Shown: one piece after another, positions 39,211 to 49,393 of the stretch | Layout of the letters: every line of letters begins with the position of its first letter | How positions within the stretch are numbered: position 1 is the first letter of the stretch | IMG/VR virus record: IMGVR_UViG_3300031857_000001 | Length of the DNA: 64,000 bases | DNA from: a virus | Taxonomy: Duplodnaviria; Caudoviricetes | Reading direction: 5' to 3' (one strand) | Notes under the pieces: model-generated | Seen by the model: only the letters and a program-made list of their open reading frames with translations | Databases searched by the model: none | Told to the model about the DNA's origin: nothing | Made by a program: the position numbers and the translations under genes

Positions 39211-40625
39211 TAATTCTCAACTAATTCTTTTATATTTTTATCAAAATCAACATAATGGTCTTGAGTTCCATGTGAATTCATTTGATAATGCTTTATTAAC
39301 CCTTGAGTAATAAACGGATTATGTTTGTACATTAAACAATAAAAAGTTGTAGACCTTTCGTGTCCGTGACCTGCTGTTTTAGAGTGTTTAATTAATTCCG
39401 ACAGAGGTTCAAACCACTTCATATAATCATTAAAAAATGATACTTTCATAGTACAATTACTAGTGGTAGACCAAACCAACTTAGGGTTTTGTCTCATATA
39501 AAACCTAATTGTTTTTTCAAGGTCGACTTTATAAACCTGTTTGATTGCTCCAAATAATTCCTCAACCCAATTTTTATTATCTATAAAATGATAATTCGAA
39601 CAAGGGAATGGTATGTAACCAATCATATTTTGATTTTCATACATAAATTTATCTATGATTTGTTCTAAATTTTTATTTAAAATAACATCATACTCAAATA
39701 GATTTACATATGGAGTTTTTATTAGGTTGTTTTTCCACAACGCATACCATCCTGTGTATGCATTTATATTTGGATACTCCTCTAAATTATATGGTAAATT
39801 ACGAGCAATAATAATATTTGAATTATCCTCTATTTTATCAACAGGTCTATTACCTAAAAAGACATATCTATATTTTTTTAAATTACTAAATTTACCTGAT
39901 TTTTCGTAATCAATTATAATATCTTGGTCGTGACAAAATATGAAAGTTTCACAAACATTATTGTTAGTAATATCTAAAGGTAAATTATTTTTAAATTTTT
40001 CTGAGAAAAATATTCGATTATTTTCCCATGTATCATTTGTCATACCAACAGATAAGTGAGTAACCCTAACATCTGTAACAATTCCTATTTTAACACCATC
40101 TAAATAATTTGGAACACAAAACGACAAATCGTAAAAATGGAATCCATCGAATTCCTCATCAAATTTGTGTTTGATTTTTGTTTTATCCAAAACCATAAAT
40201 AATCCATCAATCAATACAACCTCTTCAACATTACTAATTGCTTTTGAATAAGTACTAGTCCATTTTTTTCCTTCATGTTTATGGTTTACAATACCATACA
40301 TTGTTTGAGATACTTCCCACCATTTACCTGATTCAGGTAAGTATTTAGAACCCGCGAGACCAATTACACCAAATTCAGGACTCTTATTAAAATGTTTTAT
40401 TATTTTTTTACCCCAATTATCCGTATCAAATTCTAAATCATCGTGACACAACACTACAATGTCATGTTGTGATTTTTCTAAAATTTCATTATAAGTTTTA
40501 GGTAGGGATTTTTCACCATTATTAACAACTTCAATAATTTCAACATTTTTCAATCCACAAGATTTTTTCAATATTTCAACATATTGTGGATTTGAGTTTC
40601 TTGTACTATATCCTATTGTAATCAT
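39210..40625 (-). CDS. Two-domain glycosyltransferase (Glyco_tranf_2_5-like plus a second GT-A-like domain)
   Basis: 'VLCHDDLEF', 'VIGLAG', 'IDGLFM', 'FHFYDLSFC'; second domain 'YTGWYALWKN...LFEYDV'. Confidence 0.75.
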   Translation of the reverse strand: MITIGYSTRNSNPQYVEILKKSCGLKNVEIIEVVNNGEKSLPKTYNEILEKSQHDIVVLCHDDLEFDTDNWGKKIIKHFNKSPEFGVIGLAGSKYLPESGKWWEVSQTMYGIVNHKHEGKKWTSTYSKAISNVEEVVLIDGLFMVLDKTKIKHKFDEEFDGFHFYDLSFCVPNYLDGVKIGIVTDVRVTHLSVGMTNDTWENNRIFFSEKFKNNLPLDITNNNVCETFIFCHDQDIIIDYEKSGKFSNLKKYRYVFLGNRPVDKIEDNSNIIIARNLPYNLEEYPNINAYTGWYALWKNNLIKTPYVNLFEYDVILNKNLEQIIDKFMYENQNMIGYIPFPCSNYHFIDNKNWVEELFGAIKQVYKVDLEKTIRFYMRQNPKLVWSTTSNCTMKVSFFNDYMKWFEPLSELIKHSKTAGHGHERSTTFYCLMYKHNPFITQGLIKHYQMNSHGTQDHYVDFDKNIKELVEN

Positions 40626-41218
40626 ATCCCTGTACTCCCAAAACCGTTATTACCTCTATCCTTGTTTATTTCTTCTTTGGTTTCTTGTAAATTGACCCAT
40701 TTTCCGTTAACGACTGGACACAAAACTGCTTGACCTATTTTTGTATCTTTATTTATTGTGTACGCATAACTATTTGTATTGAAAATAATAACTTGTATCT
40801 CACCGGTATATCCATTATCAACAGTTCCAGGGGAATTCATAACAAATAAACCTTGGTTTATCGCCAAACCACTTTTAGACCTAACTTGTATTTCATACCC
40901 ATCTTTAATATCGAATGATAAACCCGTTCTAACTAAACCCCTACCCAAAGGTTGAATAGTTGTGTCCTCCGTTGCGTATAAATCAAATCCAGAATCGGAT
41001 GGATAGTTGTAAAAAGGGTCCTTTGCCTCAGGGCGTAACTTCTTATAATTTAAAGTTATCTTTGGGGTATAATTCAAGATATCATTTTCAAGTTCCTTAA
41101 CATCAACCCCCGTAACTTTTAAAATCTCATCATAATCAAAATCATAACTGTTATCGGAAAGTAATTCTTTAATTTTTTCCGATTCTTCTTTTGACATTCC
41201 AAAAAAGTCTAAACTCAT
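40622..41218 (-). CDS. dut: Trimeric dUTPase with acidic N-terminal extension
   Basis: 'SGFDL', 'RSKSGLA', 'GTVDNGYTGEI', 'RGNNGFGSTG'. Confidence 0.95.
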   Translation of the reverse strand: MSLDFFGMSKEESEKIKELLSDNSYDFDYDEILKVTGVDVKELENDILNYTPKITLNYKKLRPEAKDPFYNYPSDSGFDLYATEDTTIQPLGRGLVRTGLSFDIKDGYEIQVRSKSGLAINQGLFVMNSPGTVDNGYTGEIQVIIFNTNSYAYTINKDTKIGQAVLCPVVNGKWVNLQETKEEINKDRGNNGFGSTGI

Positions 41219-41943
41219 TTTAATTCTTTTAATTTTTTTATTATATCAATCAAAACTTGAACATCACGTTCACAATATTCACTTATTTCTTTTAATTTTC
41301 TATCAATCCAATATGAATCATGAACCATATCTCCTGTTATCTCACCTTCTTTTGATGTTGGTATGTCCATACAAGAACAAAGCAAATCTAATGACCCTAT
41401 TGAACTATACGCCCCATATTGCCAAATTTCCTTGGTATCGATTGCCTTAATCTCCCAAGGCTTTGTGTCATATGAAGGTAGAATTGATGGGGGCATTAGA
41501 CCATTGATAATCATACGTTTGGCTAACATGGGTATATCAAAATTTTTAAGATTATGACCACATAAGTGAAAATCCAATTTACCACATCTGTCCAATAATT
41601 TTTGAACATCCTTTAGTAACTCTAACTCATCGTCACCTGAAAATGTTTGCATTTTCGTTTCACCCTTGTCTGTAACAAATGCAACACTAACACAAACAAT
41701 CTTTGAAAATTCTGGAACTAACGCGGCTCTTTTTGCAAATATTTTATCTCGTTTTTTTTCCTCCTGTTCTATATTACTTACCGTATTATCATCTTCAGGA
41801 AATCTTTTTAAAAACCAATCATAGTAATTTATAAATTGAGTTGCCACTTTAGGATTTAATGCCTGACATGTAGTGAAATCAGGACATCCCCCAACCGTTT
41901 CAATATCAATGAATAATATTTTGGTGATAGGGATTTTTATCAT
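41215..41943 (-). CDS. DEDDy 3'-5' exonuclease (PolB-exo-like)
   Basis: 'FIDIETV', 'GHNLKNFDIP', 'EYCERDV'. Confidence 0.88.
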   Translation of the reverse strand: MIKIPITKILFIDIETVGGCPDFTTCQALNPKVATQFINYYDWFLKRFPEDDNTVSNIEQEEKKRDKIFAKRAALVPEFSKIVCVSVAFVTDKGETKMQTFSGDDELELLKDVQKLLDRCGKLDFHLCGHNLKNFDIPMLAKRMIINGLMPPSILPSYDTKPWEIKAIDTKEIWQYGAYSSIGSLDLLCSCMDIPTSKEGEITGDMVHDSYWIDRKLKEISEYCERDVQVLIDIIKKLKELK

Positions 41944-43160
41944 TGTACCAAAGTTTTATACCATTCAGCTCTATTTTTTGTAACGTTTCTCAAATCATAA
42001 GTGTCCTTTACAGTTTCATAAAGTCGTTCACCCATGTCGGTAATCATACTTGGATTTTGAATGAGTTTCTTAATGTACTTAGACCAATCACTATGATTTT
42101 TATGTTCATCAACAAGTAAAGCGTTTCCATCAACAAAGTTACCATTTTTCAAACAATGTTTCAAATCTATGGTATATGGTCCAATCTCAGAAGCAATAAG
42201 TGCCTTTTTATAAAAACCCGCTTCGATAACCTTAAGTTGAGATTTCATTCTATTAAAGATATGGTTTTTGATTGGGGCCAACGAAATGTCCAACTTAGAG
42301 TAGTTCATTGCGTATGTAGTTACAGGTTTTGTCCAAACTCTACGATATGGTAAACTAGTTTCATTTGGGAATTCAACATCTTTAAATTCCATCAAAAATT
42401 TCTTATACTCGTCACCAACAATTTCGTACTTGTTTGTGAAAATTTCTTCATATCTAACCCAAACAGTTTCGTGAGGAAGAATATCTCTACGTTTTTCTTC
42501 TCCTGTTTTTGGATTAATTTCGGTCATTGTACCACGAGTATCAAACCCACAAATAACATACTGAACTTTATCATTTATTTCTTTCCCATTTTTCTCAACC
42601 ATTCCATCCAATAACATTAAATCATGGAGGTGTGAGGAACCACCTAGCCATCCTACTCTAATTCTTTCGGATTCTAATGTTGGTTGTCTGAATTGAGGTT
42701 CACTTGGGTCAATGGCATTTGGGAAAATAATAACATTTTTGTTTATTTTCTTGATTTCATCGGCAAAAATTGTTGTTGTGGTTGTTACGTAACTAGCCTC
42801 ACGTAGATTGGCAACAATCTTTTCGTTCAATTTATGATTAACAATTAACTGATGAATTGGATGTTCCTTTGTAGGTAACCAATAATCGTCAATATCCACA
42901 ACAACGATAATACCTAATGATTTAAGTTGTCGGATGAGTTGGGGTACAATATCGTAGTTTTGTCCTATACTTCTGTGAGCGTGAACTATTTGGTATTGTT
43001 TCCAATAATTTACATCGTTTATTCTTGGTTCATAATCTATATCAACATGAAAATCATCAGGATATAGATTTTGTAACATGACATGAGGGTCCAATGACCT
43101 AAATTTACCAACACCTGTTCTATCCGATGGTAGAACTAAAACATTAATTTTTTCTTTCAT
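41940..43160 (-). CDS. GT-B (GT4-like) glycosyltransferase
   Basis: 'VVVDIDDYW', 'RVGWLGGSSH', 'DISLAP...FNRMKSQLKVIEAG'. ATG at 43160 is preferred over the TTG at 43208. Confidence 0.8.
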   Translation of the reverse strand: MKEKINVLVLPSDRTGVGKFRSLDPHVMLQNLYPDDFHVDIDYEPRINDVNYWKQYQIVHAHRSIGQNYDIVPQLIRQLKSLGIIVVVDIDDYWLPTKEHPIHQLIVNHKLNEKIVANLREASYVTTTTTIFADEIKKINKNVIIFPNAIDPSEPQFRQPTLESERIRVGWLGGSSHLHDLMLLDGMVEKNGKEINDKVQYVICGFDTRGTMTEINPKTGEEKRRDILPHETVWVRYEEIFTNKYEIVGDEYKKFLMEFKDVEFPNETSLPYRRVWTKPVTTYAMNYSKLDISLAPIKNHIFNRMKSQLKVIEAGFYKKALIASEIGPYTIDLKHCLKNGNFVDGNALLVDEHKNHSDWSKYIKKLIQNPSMITDMGERLYETVKDTYDLRNVTKNRAEWYKTLVQ

Positions 43161-43219
43161 AATTAAAAATAATAATGAAAGTATACGACGAAAATTACAT
43201 TTTATCAACTATGATAAAT

Positions 43220-43246
43220 AAAAAAACCCCCACATTTGTGAGGGTT
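43220..43246 (-). terminator. Rho-independent terminator, followed by TATTTAT (43214-43220)
   Basis: On the minus strand AACCCTCAC-AAAT-GTGGGGGTT-TTTTT. The single non-WC pair is a U-G wobble only in this orientation. Confidence 0.8.
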
Positions 43247-43251
43247 AAAGA

Positions 43252-43839
43252 TTACTGTATTTTTTTCACTTTCGTGACTTTTCCTTCGAATATATGTTTC
43301 CCTACTTTAAATGAAAATACATCGTTAGTTTTCGAAACAGATTCCGTTATCATACCATTTTCAGATAATACTTCTTGAACAACTTCTTTAAGTAGACTTC
43401 TAAGATTTTGATTATCAAGGATATTTTCTCTATGAGAGGTTGTTTCTTTAACCACGCCTTTACCTTGATATCCGTTCCCGTCTGAACCTAAACTCATAAG
43501 ACGAGCCGCTTTATCAACAAGTTCGTTTGATAATGTTGGTCCGCCCATGTTGTTTGGTTGAGAAATTGGATGTTCAATCATTAATTTTTTAATTTCATCG
43601 GGCAATTTTGATGATAAAATCTTATCTTGTGTTACGGGTTGTTGTGGTTTTGGCTGGTATGTACTTTCTTGTACTAAATCCTGTGGTAAGTTATATTTGG
43701 CCGATGGGGCGTCATATGATTCTACCATCGGAGTGTTAACGTCAGGTAAAGCGTCCGCTCTACGTGGGATTGTATTGTGTTTTTCCATTATCTTTTTGGA
43801 AATCATCAATTTTTGTATTAAGTCGTTCTCGTTTGTCAT
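43252..43839 (-). CDS. Hypothetical protein
   Basis: 195-aa ORF in a co-directional run. Confidence 0.7.
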   Translation of the reverse strand: MTNENDLIQKLMISKKIMEKHNTIPRRADALPDVNTPMVESYDAPSAKYNLPQDLVQESTYQPKPQQPVTQDKILSSKLPDEIKKLMIEHPISQPNNMGGPTLSNELVDKAARLMSLGSDGNGYQGKGVVKETTSHRENILDNQNLRSLLKEVVQEVLSENGMITESVSKTNDVFSFKVGKHIFEGKVTKVKKIQ

Positions 43840-43848
43840 AATTTAAAC

Positions 43849-44250
43849 TTATTGGGTAAATTCACTATTATCAAATATTGCGTTAACAATGACTCTTACC
43901 ATACTTTTATCCCCATTTGGATTGTAGTTTGGCCTAGGGGTGTTGAACTTTTCGTTTGTAGGTTTGAAGGATAGAATTTTATCAACTCTAAACAATCTCC
44001 AACCAGGTAAGGGTTGTTCTCCTTTATATGCGGTATGTGAAGCTCCTTGATAATCCCAAGCTCTTAATACGGGGTTATCTGCTTTACTATAACCAAAACA
44101 AACAGGTTCAATCTCTCTAAGACCTCTACCACCTGGTTCATCACCATCGTAGTAAATAACAATCTTATTTCTTTTTTTAATAGCATCAACAATAGAGTCA
44201 ATTGACGCTATTTCTAAAATAAGAGACTTTGTAACGTTGTAAAGTTTCAT
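43849..44250 (-). CDS. Stand-alone WYL-domain protein
   Basis: 'AIKKRNKIVIYY...REIEPVCFG...VLRAW...GWRLFRVDKI'. Confidence 0.75.
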   Translation of the reverse strand: MKLYNVTKSLILEIASIDSIVDAIKKRNKIVIYYDGDEPGGRGLREIEPVCFGYSKADNPVLRAWDYQGASHTAYKGEQPLPGWRLFRVDKILSFKPTNEKFNTPRPNYNPNGDKSMVRVIVNAIFDNSEFTQ

Positions 44251-44543
44251 TACGCCGATGGAGTCGTGTATGGATTATTCGGTTGATATTCATTAACCTT
44301 TATTTCTGCTTTCCTTTCAACTATATCTTGAATTGCACCTGCTTGTTGATTATAAACATCTAAGAATATACCAGTTCCTTTACCTTGTTCATCACCATCA
44401 GCTAAAGCGTCAGGATTTACAGATGAATATTCATATTGTTTATTGAAATCATTTTTGGTTAATAATTTTTTTCTTTCAATGTCTGCAATTGACGACAACT
44501 CATTACTCGGTTGGTCAAAACTAAGTGGTTCTACGTTTGGCAT
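44250..44543 (-). CDS. Hypothetical protein
   Basis: 97-aa coupled ORF. Confidence 0.7.
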   Translation of the reverse strand: MPNVEPLSFDQPSNELSSIADIERKKLLTKNDFNKQYEYSSVNPDALADGDEQGKGTGIFLDVYNQQAGAIQDIVERKAEIKVNEYQPNNPYTTPSA

Positions 44544-44547
44544 ATTA

Positions 44548-45018
44548 TTAAATTATTTTTTTTATTAAATCGTTTATTCTTTTTAGACTTTCAGTAACTT
44601 CCAAATCATAAAATTCAACATTTGACTTATGACTTTTACTAGACCTATTTGCACTGTCCAATCCATCTTTCTCATGTGTTTGTATATATTGATTAGGTAA
44701 AACTTCAGATTTAACTTTTTTTCCCAAATCAACATCAGTTCTCATTGAGCCTAAGGTTCTATTTACCCATTCTTTAACATAATGACCTCCATTTAATATA
44801 AATGGTAAATCATTCTCACGACCATTAAAATTATCAAAGAAGTTTTTCATTCTTTTTAATTGTTGGTATGTAACTTCTTTTGAATCTCTTAATTCAATAT
44901 TCCTACGATATCCTTCGGTTGTTTCATCAGCACCTTCAGCCGCCCCGTAACATTGTTCGAGATAACCAACCACATCCTCAGGTAGAGGTACTTTATGTCC
45001 GTATAAATCCTTATTCAT
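44548..45018 (-). CDS. Hypothetical protein
   Basis: 156-aa coupled ORF. Confidence 0.7.
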   Translation of the reverse strand: MNKDLYGHKVPLPEDVVGYLEQCYGAAEGADETTEGYRRNIELRDSKEVTYQQLKRMKNFFDNFNGRENDLPFILNGGHYVKEWVNRTLGSMRTDVDLGKKVKSEVLPNQYIQTHEKDGLDSANRSSKSHKSNVEFYDLEVTESLKRINDLIKKII

Positions 45019-45844
45019 TGTTCTTTAACGCCTTCATTAATTGTGTTAAACTAATTCCTTCTTTTTCAGCAAGTTTTTTAATTGATTTTAAATTATTCAT
45101 TAATAATTTGCTAAGTGTTGAGTCTTTACCAACAACATCTGACTCATCTTTTGATTTTTTGGTGATGATATCCTCAACCATTTTAACCATTTTTTGTTTT
45201 TGGATTTCTGTCAGAGTATCTTTCTCAACGATTCTTTGTTTTAATTTACCGTTCTTCTTTTTTACGTTTTTAATTTTACCAAATTGTTTAGTTCTTTCAA
45301 CCGCATTGTCCACTCCCATATCTTTTAGAGTTTTAACACTGTCTTTGAAATCTTTATCTTTAGTTTCTTCATATCCAAACGCATCCTCCATATTAACTTC
45401 AGAAACAACATTATCATCTTTTTCCTCACTTTCACCCCAATACACACGGTAACCTCTTGTTACAGGGTCGTTTGTTACCCTTGACATTGCAATGGTTTGG
45501 TCTGTAGTTTTTTTAGGGTGTAATGTCATATCTAATGGCGGAATCTTGGAACCCAACATTGTTCCGTCCGCATCAATAATCTCATCAATCTCACCATCTT
45601 CTTCAATCGAATTTAAAGCGTTATCGACATTTTTCTTACTCAATTTTTGTTTTGAGTTTAAAATTTTCTCGATAGTTTTTTTCAACTTATTTTCGTGTTT
45701 TTTATTGAACACTTTTTTTTCATCTTTTTTTCGTGATTCTGTCAAAGTTTCTGCAATTGTATAATATAAAGAAATTGTCTCTCCTCTATCTTTCAAGAAG
45801 AAATAACGACCATTACTAAAATATTCGGTATTGTAATTAATCAT
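45011..45844 (-). CDS. Lys/Glu-rich hypothetical protein
   Basis: 277-aa ORF; first gene of the leftward block, with TATTTAT upstream. Confidence 0.7.
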   Translation of the reverse strand: MINYNTEYFSNGRYFFLKDRGETISLYYTIAETLTESRKKDEKKVFNKKHENKLKKTIEKILNSKQKLSKKNVDNALNSIEEDGEIDEIIDADGTMLGSKIPPLDMTLHPKKTTDQTIAMSRVTNDPVTRGYRVYWGESEEKDDNVVSEVNMEDAFGYEETKDKDFKDSVKTLKDMGVDNAVERTKQFGKIKNVKKKNGKLKQRIVEKDTLTEIQKQKMVKMVEDIITKKSKDESDVVGKDSTLSKLLMNNLKSIKKLAEKEGISLTQLMKALKNNE

Positions 45845-45855
45845 ATCTTTTTACA

Positions 45856-45882
45856 ATAAATACTTCGTTACAATGTATTTAT
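45856..45882. promoter_or_regulatory. Back-to-back divergent TATTTAT motifs
   Basis: ATAAATA at 45856-62 (TATTTAT on the minus strand) and TATTTAT at 45876-82, at the strand switch. Confidence 0.65.
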
Positions 45883-45894
45883 CAATAAAAAAGA

Positions 45895-48800
45895 ATGGCG
45901 GGTCAGAATATTAATCAATACGTTTACCCAAATTTAAATCCGAAGTTAGCGTTAGAGAGTTATGATATGTCCTTAACCTCAGATGAGAAAGGATTTAATA
46001 TGGAGGTGATATTTTCTCCGTATTTGATTGCTCAAACATATGGTAACAGACTTCCATTCTATTTCGATATTAATAGTTCAATAACTAACCAAAAATTTAC
46101 ATTAAATTATAAAGAATATAACAGAAATAATATTTTTGTTTCTGAAAATTATTATAACATAAATAATGAGGATTTAACTTGTTATTCGGCTCAGACATCT
46201 TGTGATATTGGGTTAACGGGTATCGACAATGGACTCGTTACGGGAATGACAGGATATTCGATTACATTTACAAAGGGTTTATTCTCAGACGGATTAAAAT
46301 TTGAGAGATTATATTTTGATAGGAGATTAAAGTTATTTCAAGTAACCGCCAATACCAACTCACCAAATATTAGATTTTCAGGATTTCCAAATACTGTTTT
46401 ATATGAAGTTGTAAGTAAATACGGTCAAACCGAAGGATTATATCACGAATTATATGGTGGTTTTTATCAAGGTTTTTATCGTTTATTTGGGTATGATTAT
46501 GATATTTTTCCTGAAAGAGTAAACAAGGGTTGGACAGTTGAATTATTATTAAGGCCAAGATTAATAAGTGAATATTTTCCAGGACCAGGTGAAACTACAT
46601 TAAATTTATTATATCCCGAAAATGCTAATACATTTTTCTATTTGGGAACAAGAGCTGAAAATAAATTTTACCACCACGCTGACGGAACTCCAAATTGTTT
46701 TACAGGATATACTAGATTTACTTCACCATTGACGGGAATATCGACTTGTGCTTGTTGTAACAGAACCGTAACAAATAGTAGGTGTATATATGTTTATCCA
46801 CCACGTTCTAAAGACGGAGTTCATGATACTCATGTTAATTATGGATGTGATAAGTGCGGTTCGGATAAAATGGTACAGGCAACGTGTGGATGTGGTTGTG
46901 ATAAAATAGCGTGTGCCACATGTGGGTGGGAATGTCAAATTCATGAATGCGCGGTTATTGTCGAAGTTACTCCAACTCCCACCCCAACACCAACCGCAAC
47001 TTTAAGTAACTGTATATTACCTCCAGTTTGTACACCGACATGTAATTCATGTTCAAATTGTACTGATTGTGTTGATTGTGTTTATACAGGATTTTCGTCA
47101 ATTGAAAATACTTGTGAGGTTGACCCAAAAATGGATGTGTTATCAAACAACATTTCATTTAGACTTTGTGGAGACCCTAAAAATCCGGGTATTGGAATAA
47201 GAGCAATTAAATTCACAGGTGGATGTGAAACAACGGGTTCTTGTGAAACTTCAGGAATTACATACACCACAGGTTATACAGTACTAGATTATTGTACTCC
47301 GCCAATTTATGAATACTGTGAAAGTATTAATTATCCGTTCATTGAACAAGAACACTGGTTCCAACTCGATGCGGTTTGGGAAAGATATACATGGTTAGAT
47401 ACATGTGATTTATGGTATAGAGGTGGATTAGGAGATATTACAAAAAAAGTATATTTAGAATCACTGGCAAATAATACAGTTTCTTTAATTGATACGTCAT
47501 ATACAAGGATGGACCCAAAGTCCACTTTGGAAATTGATATTGTAAGTTTAAACGAAAAGTGGTTACTCGAAGAAAATTTTAGAAAAGGTAGATTGAAAAT
47601 CTATATTAACGGTAAACTGTTTTATACCATTGAGGATTTTGAAGAGATAATTCCTAGAGCCCTTAATACCGATAAGGAAAAACAGGTCGGAGTTCCGTTT
47701 AACGTATCATGGGGTGGTGGAACACAAGGATTGAGGGAAAATTTAACATTTAACCCTAAGCCCGCTTGTGACATTGTATTTGGTGTTGAGATTGGTTTGT
47801 TATTAATAGGGTTGATTAGTCCAGGTTCTATAAACGCACAATACACATTAACAACTGGTTTACCTTACAAGGACGAAATACAGGTGAATTTTAGAAATAT
47901 CCTTAATAAAAAAGATGGTGGTCACTATGAAATTGATAGTAAAGTGATTATACCACCTTTTGGAATTTCCGGTGTTACATACGAAACATTAAATGAGAAT
48001 TTTGATGATTTGGATGGAACCGGATATTATCTAAATGTTGAAGTATTTCCAAAAACAATTATATCAAATTTTGAGGTGGATTCTAATATAATATTCCTAT
48101 CACCAACCCCAACACCAACTCCACCAGTCACCCCAACAATAACACCATCGCAAACTGAAACCCCTCAACCAACACCTACTCAGACCGAGACACCTCAACC
48201 AACACCTACAAATACCGAAACTCCTACACCAACACCAACCCCAACATTTACCCCAACTCCTGAACAAACAATAACTGATGCGATAATAACTAGTGAAATT
48301 GAATATATTTCAGTTGATGGATTATTCTATTTAAAATTTGTTGACCCCGAACAAGCAATAAACGATGCAATAATTGTTAATGGAAATGAATATATATCTG
48401 TTGGAGAAAACTTATATCTAAGTTTTGTTGACCCGATTATTACCACCCCAACACCTACTCCAACTAACACCAATACACCTACTCCAACTCCGACTTCTAC
48501 TATAACTCAAACACCTACTCCTACACCTACAATATCGGTTATTTGTGATACATTTACATTTACAGGTAATAATGCCACTATAACTGTAAACAGTGCAATT
48601 AAAACATCAAACGGTGGATGGGATGGCTCTGCATACTCGGTAGAATCTTATACTTCTCCTGTATCAGTATCATTCCAAGTTTCAAGTAGTAATTTATATT
48701 TGATGGGAGGATTTTCATATAATCCAAACGCAAATCCTGGTGACACATATGTGGACATTTCTTATGGACTTTATATCCAACCTAACTTCTTGGAAATATA

Positions 48801-49353
48801 TGAAAATGGAACTCAGGTTACAGTTCCAGGTGAGATGACAAATACAACGTCAGATGTGTGGAAAGTAGATTATAATGGAACGGATGTGAAATATTATAAA
48901 AACGGCGGTTTAATTTATACATCATCTAATGCGGTCACACAACCATTACATATTTATTTCCCTCTTTTAACTTTTAATGAAGGTGTTACTAATGTTTGTG
49001 TTATTGGGGACCCATTACCGTCACCTACACCAACACAGACTAACACTCAAACTCAAACTCCAACTACAACAATAACACCAACCCCAACAAAAACACCAAA
49101 TTGTGTTCGTCAAATAGTTGTTCCGACATTATGGAATGGAGCAACTAGTATAAACAGCAATACACTTCAACTAACTCAGACTTCAGAAACTTTACAAATA
49201 CAAGTGAATGATGTTATAACAGATAATATTGGGGCGACAAGTTTTGTTGGAATTGTATCTTCAGACGGAACTTATACATACGTATTTACAGGACCTGGTG
49301 GTGGGGTCGCATTTGATTGTGATTTCCCATTAACATTTTCAGGAACTTGTTAA
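45895..49353 (+). CDS. Large putative virion protein: interrupted LamG-like domain, 22-Cys cluster, Thr/Pro stalks, C-terminal beta modules
   Basis: 'GWTVELLLRPR', 'LKIYINGK', 'FNVSWGGGTQG' are LamG-like elements; the terminal LamG strands are absent. Confidence 0.7.
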   Translation: MAGQNINQYVYPNLNPKLALESYDMSLTSDEKGFNMEVIFSPYLIAQTYGNRLPFYFDINSSITNQKFTLNYKEYNRNNIFVSENYYNINNEDLTCYSAQTSCDIGLTGIDNGLVTGMTGYSITFTKGLFSDGLKFERLYFDRRLKLFQVTANTNSPNIRFSGFPNTVLYEVVSKYGQTEGLYHELYGGFYQGFYRLFGYDYDIFPERVNKGWTVELLLRPRLISEYFPGPGETTLNLLYPENANTFFYLGTRAENKFYHHADGTPNCFTGYTRFTSPLTGISTCACCNRTVTNSRCIYVYPPRSKDGVHDTHVNYGCDKCGSDKMVQATCGCGCDKIACATCGWECQIHECAVIVEVTPTPTPTPTATLSNCILPPVCTPTCNSCSNCTDCVDCVYTGFSSIENTCEVDPKMDVLSNNISFRLCGDPKNPGIGIRAIKFTGGCETTGSCETSGITYTTGYTVLDYCTPPIYEYCESINYPFIEQEHWFQLDAVWERYTWLDTCDLWYRGGLGDITKKVYLESLANNTVSLIDTSYTRMDPKSTLEIDIVSLNEKWLLEENFRKGRLKIYINGKLFYTIEDFEEIIPRALNTDKEKQVGVPFNVSWGGGTQGLRENLTFNPKPACDIVFGVEIGLLLIGLISPGSINAQYTLTTGLPYKDEIQVNFRNILNKKDGGHYEIDSKVIIPPFGISGVTYETLNENFDDLDGTGYYLNVEVFPKTIISNFEVDSNIIFLSPTPTPTPPVTPTITPSQTETPQPTPTQTETPQPTPTNTETPTPTPTPTFTPTPEQTITDAIITSEIEYISVDGLFYLKFVDPEQAINDAIIVNGNEYISVGENLYLSFVDPIITTPTPTPTNTNTPTPTPTSTITQTPTPTPTISVICDTFTFTGNNATITVNSAIKTSNGGWDGSAYSVESYTSPVSVSFQVSSSNLYLMGGFSYNPNANPGDTYVDISYGLYIQPNFLEIYENGTQVTVPGEMTNTTSDVWKVDYNGTDVKYYKNGGLIYTSSNAVTQPLHIYFPLLTFNEGVTNVCVIGDPLPSPTPTQTNTQTQTPTTTITPTPTKTPNCVRQIVVPTLWNGATSINSNTLQLTQTSETLQIQVNDVITDNIGATSFVGIVSSDGTYTYVFTGPGGGVAFDCDFPLTFSGTC

Positions 49354-49372
49354 AACAACATAATAAACTAAT

Positions 49373-49382
49373 GATATTTATA
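49373..49382 (+). promoter_or_regulatory. Putative late promoter GATATTTATA
   Basis: 11 nt upstream of the ATG at 49394. Confidence 0.6.
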
Positions 49383-49393
49383 AAATAAAAAAC

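Noticed and set aside
20241-43208. ORF-track starts at 20241, 21392, 23267 and 43208
   Set aside because: These are upstream non-preferred starts. The ones at 20241 and 23267 overlap promoter motifs or the neighbouring gene. ATGs at 20262, 21386, 23231 and 43160 fit better.
44880-45452. 190-aa + strand ORF
   Set aside because: It lies entirely antisense to two coupled minus-strand genes and has shadow-like composition.
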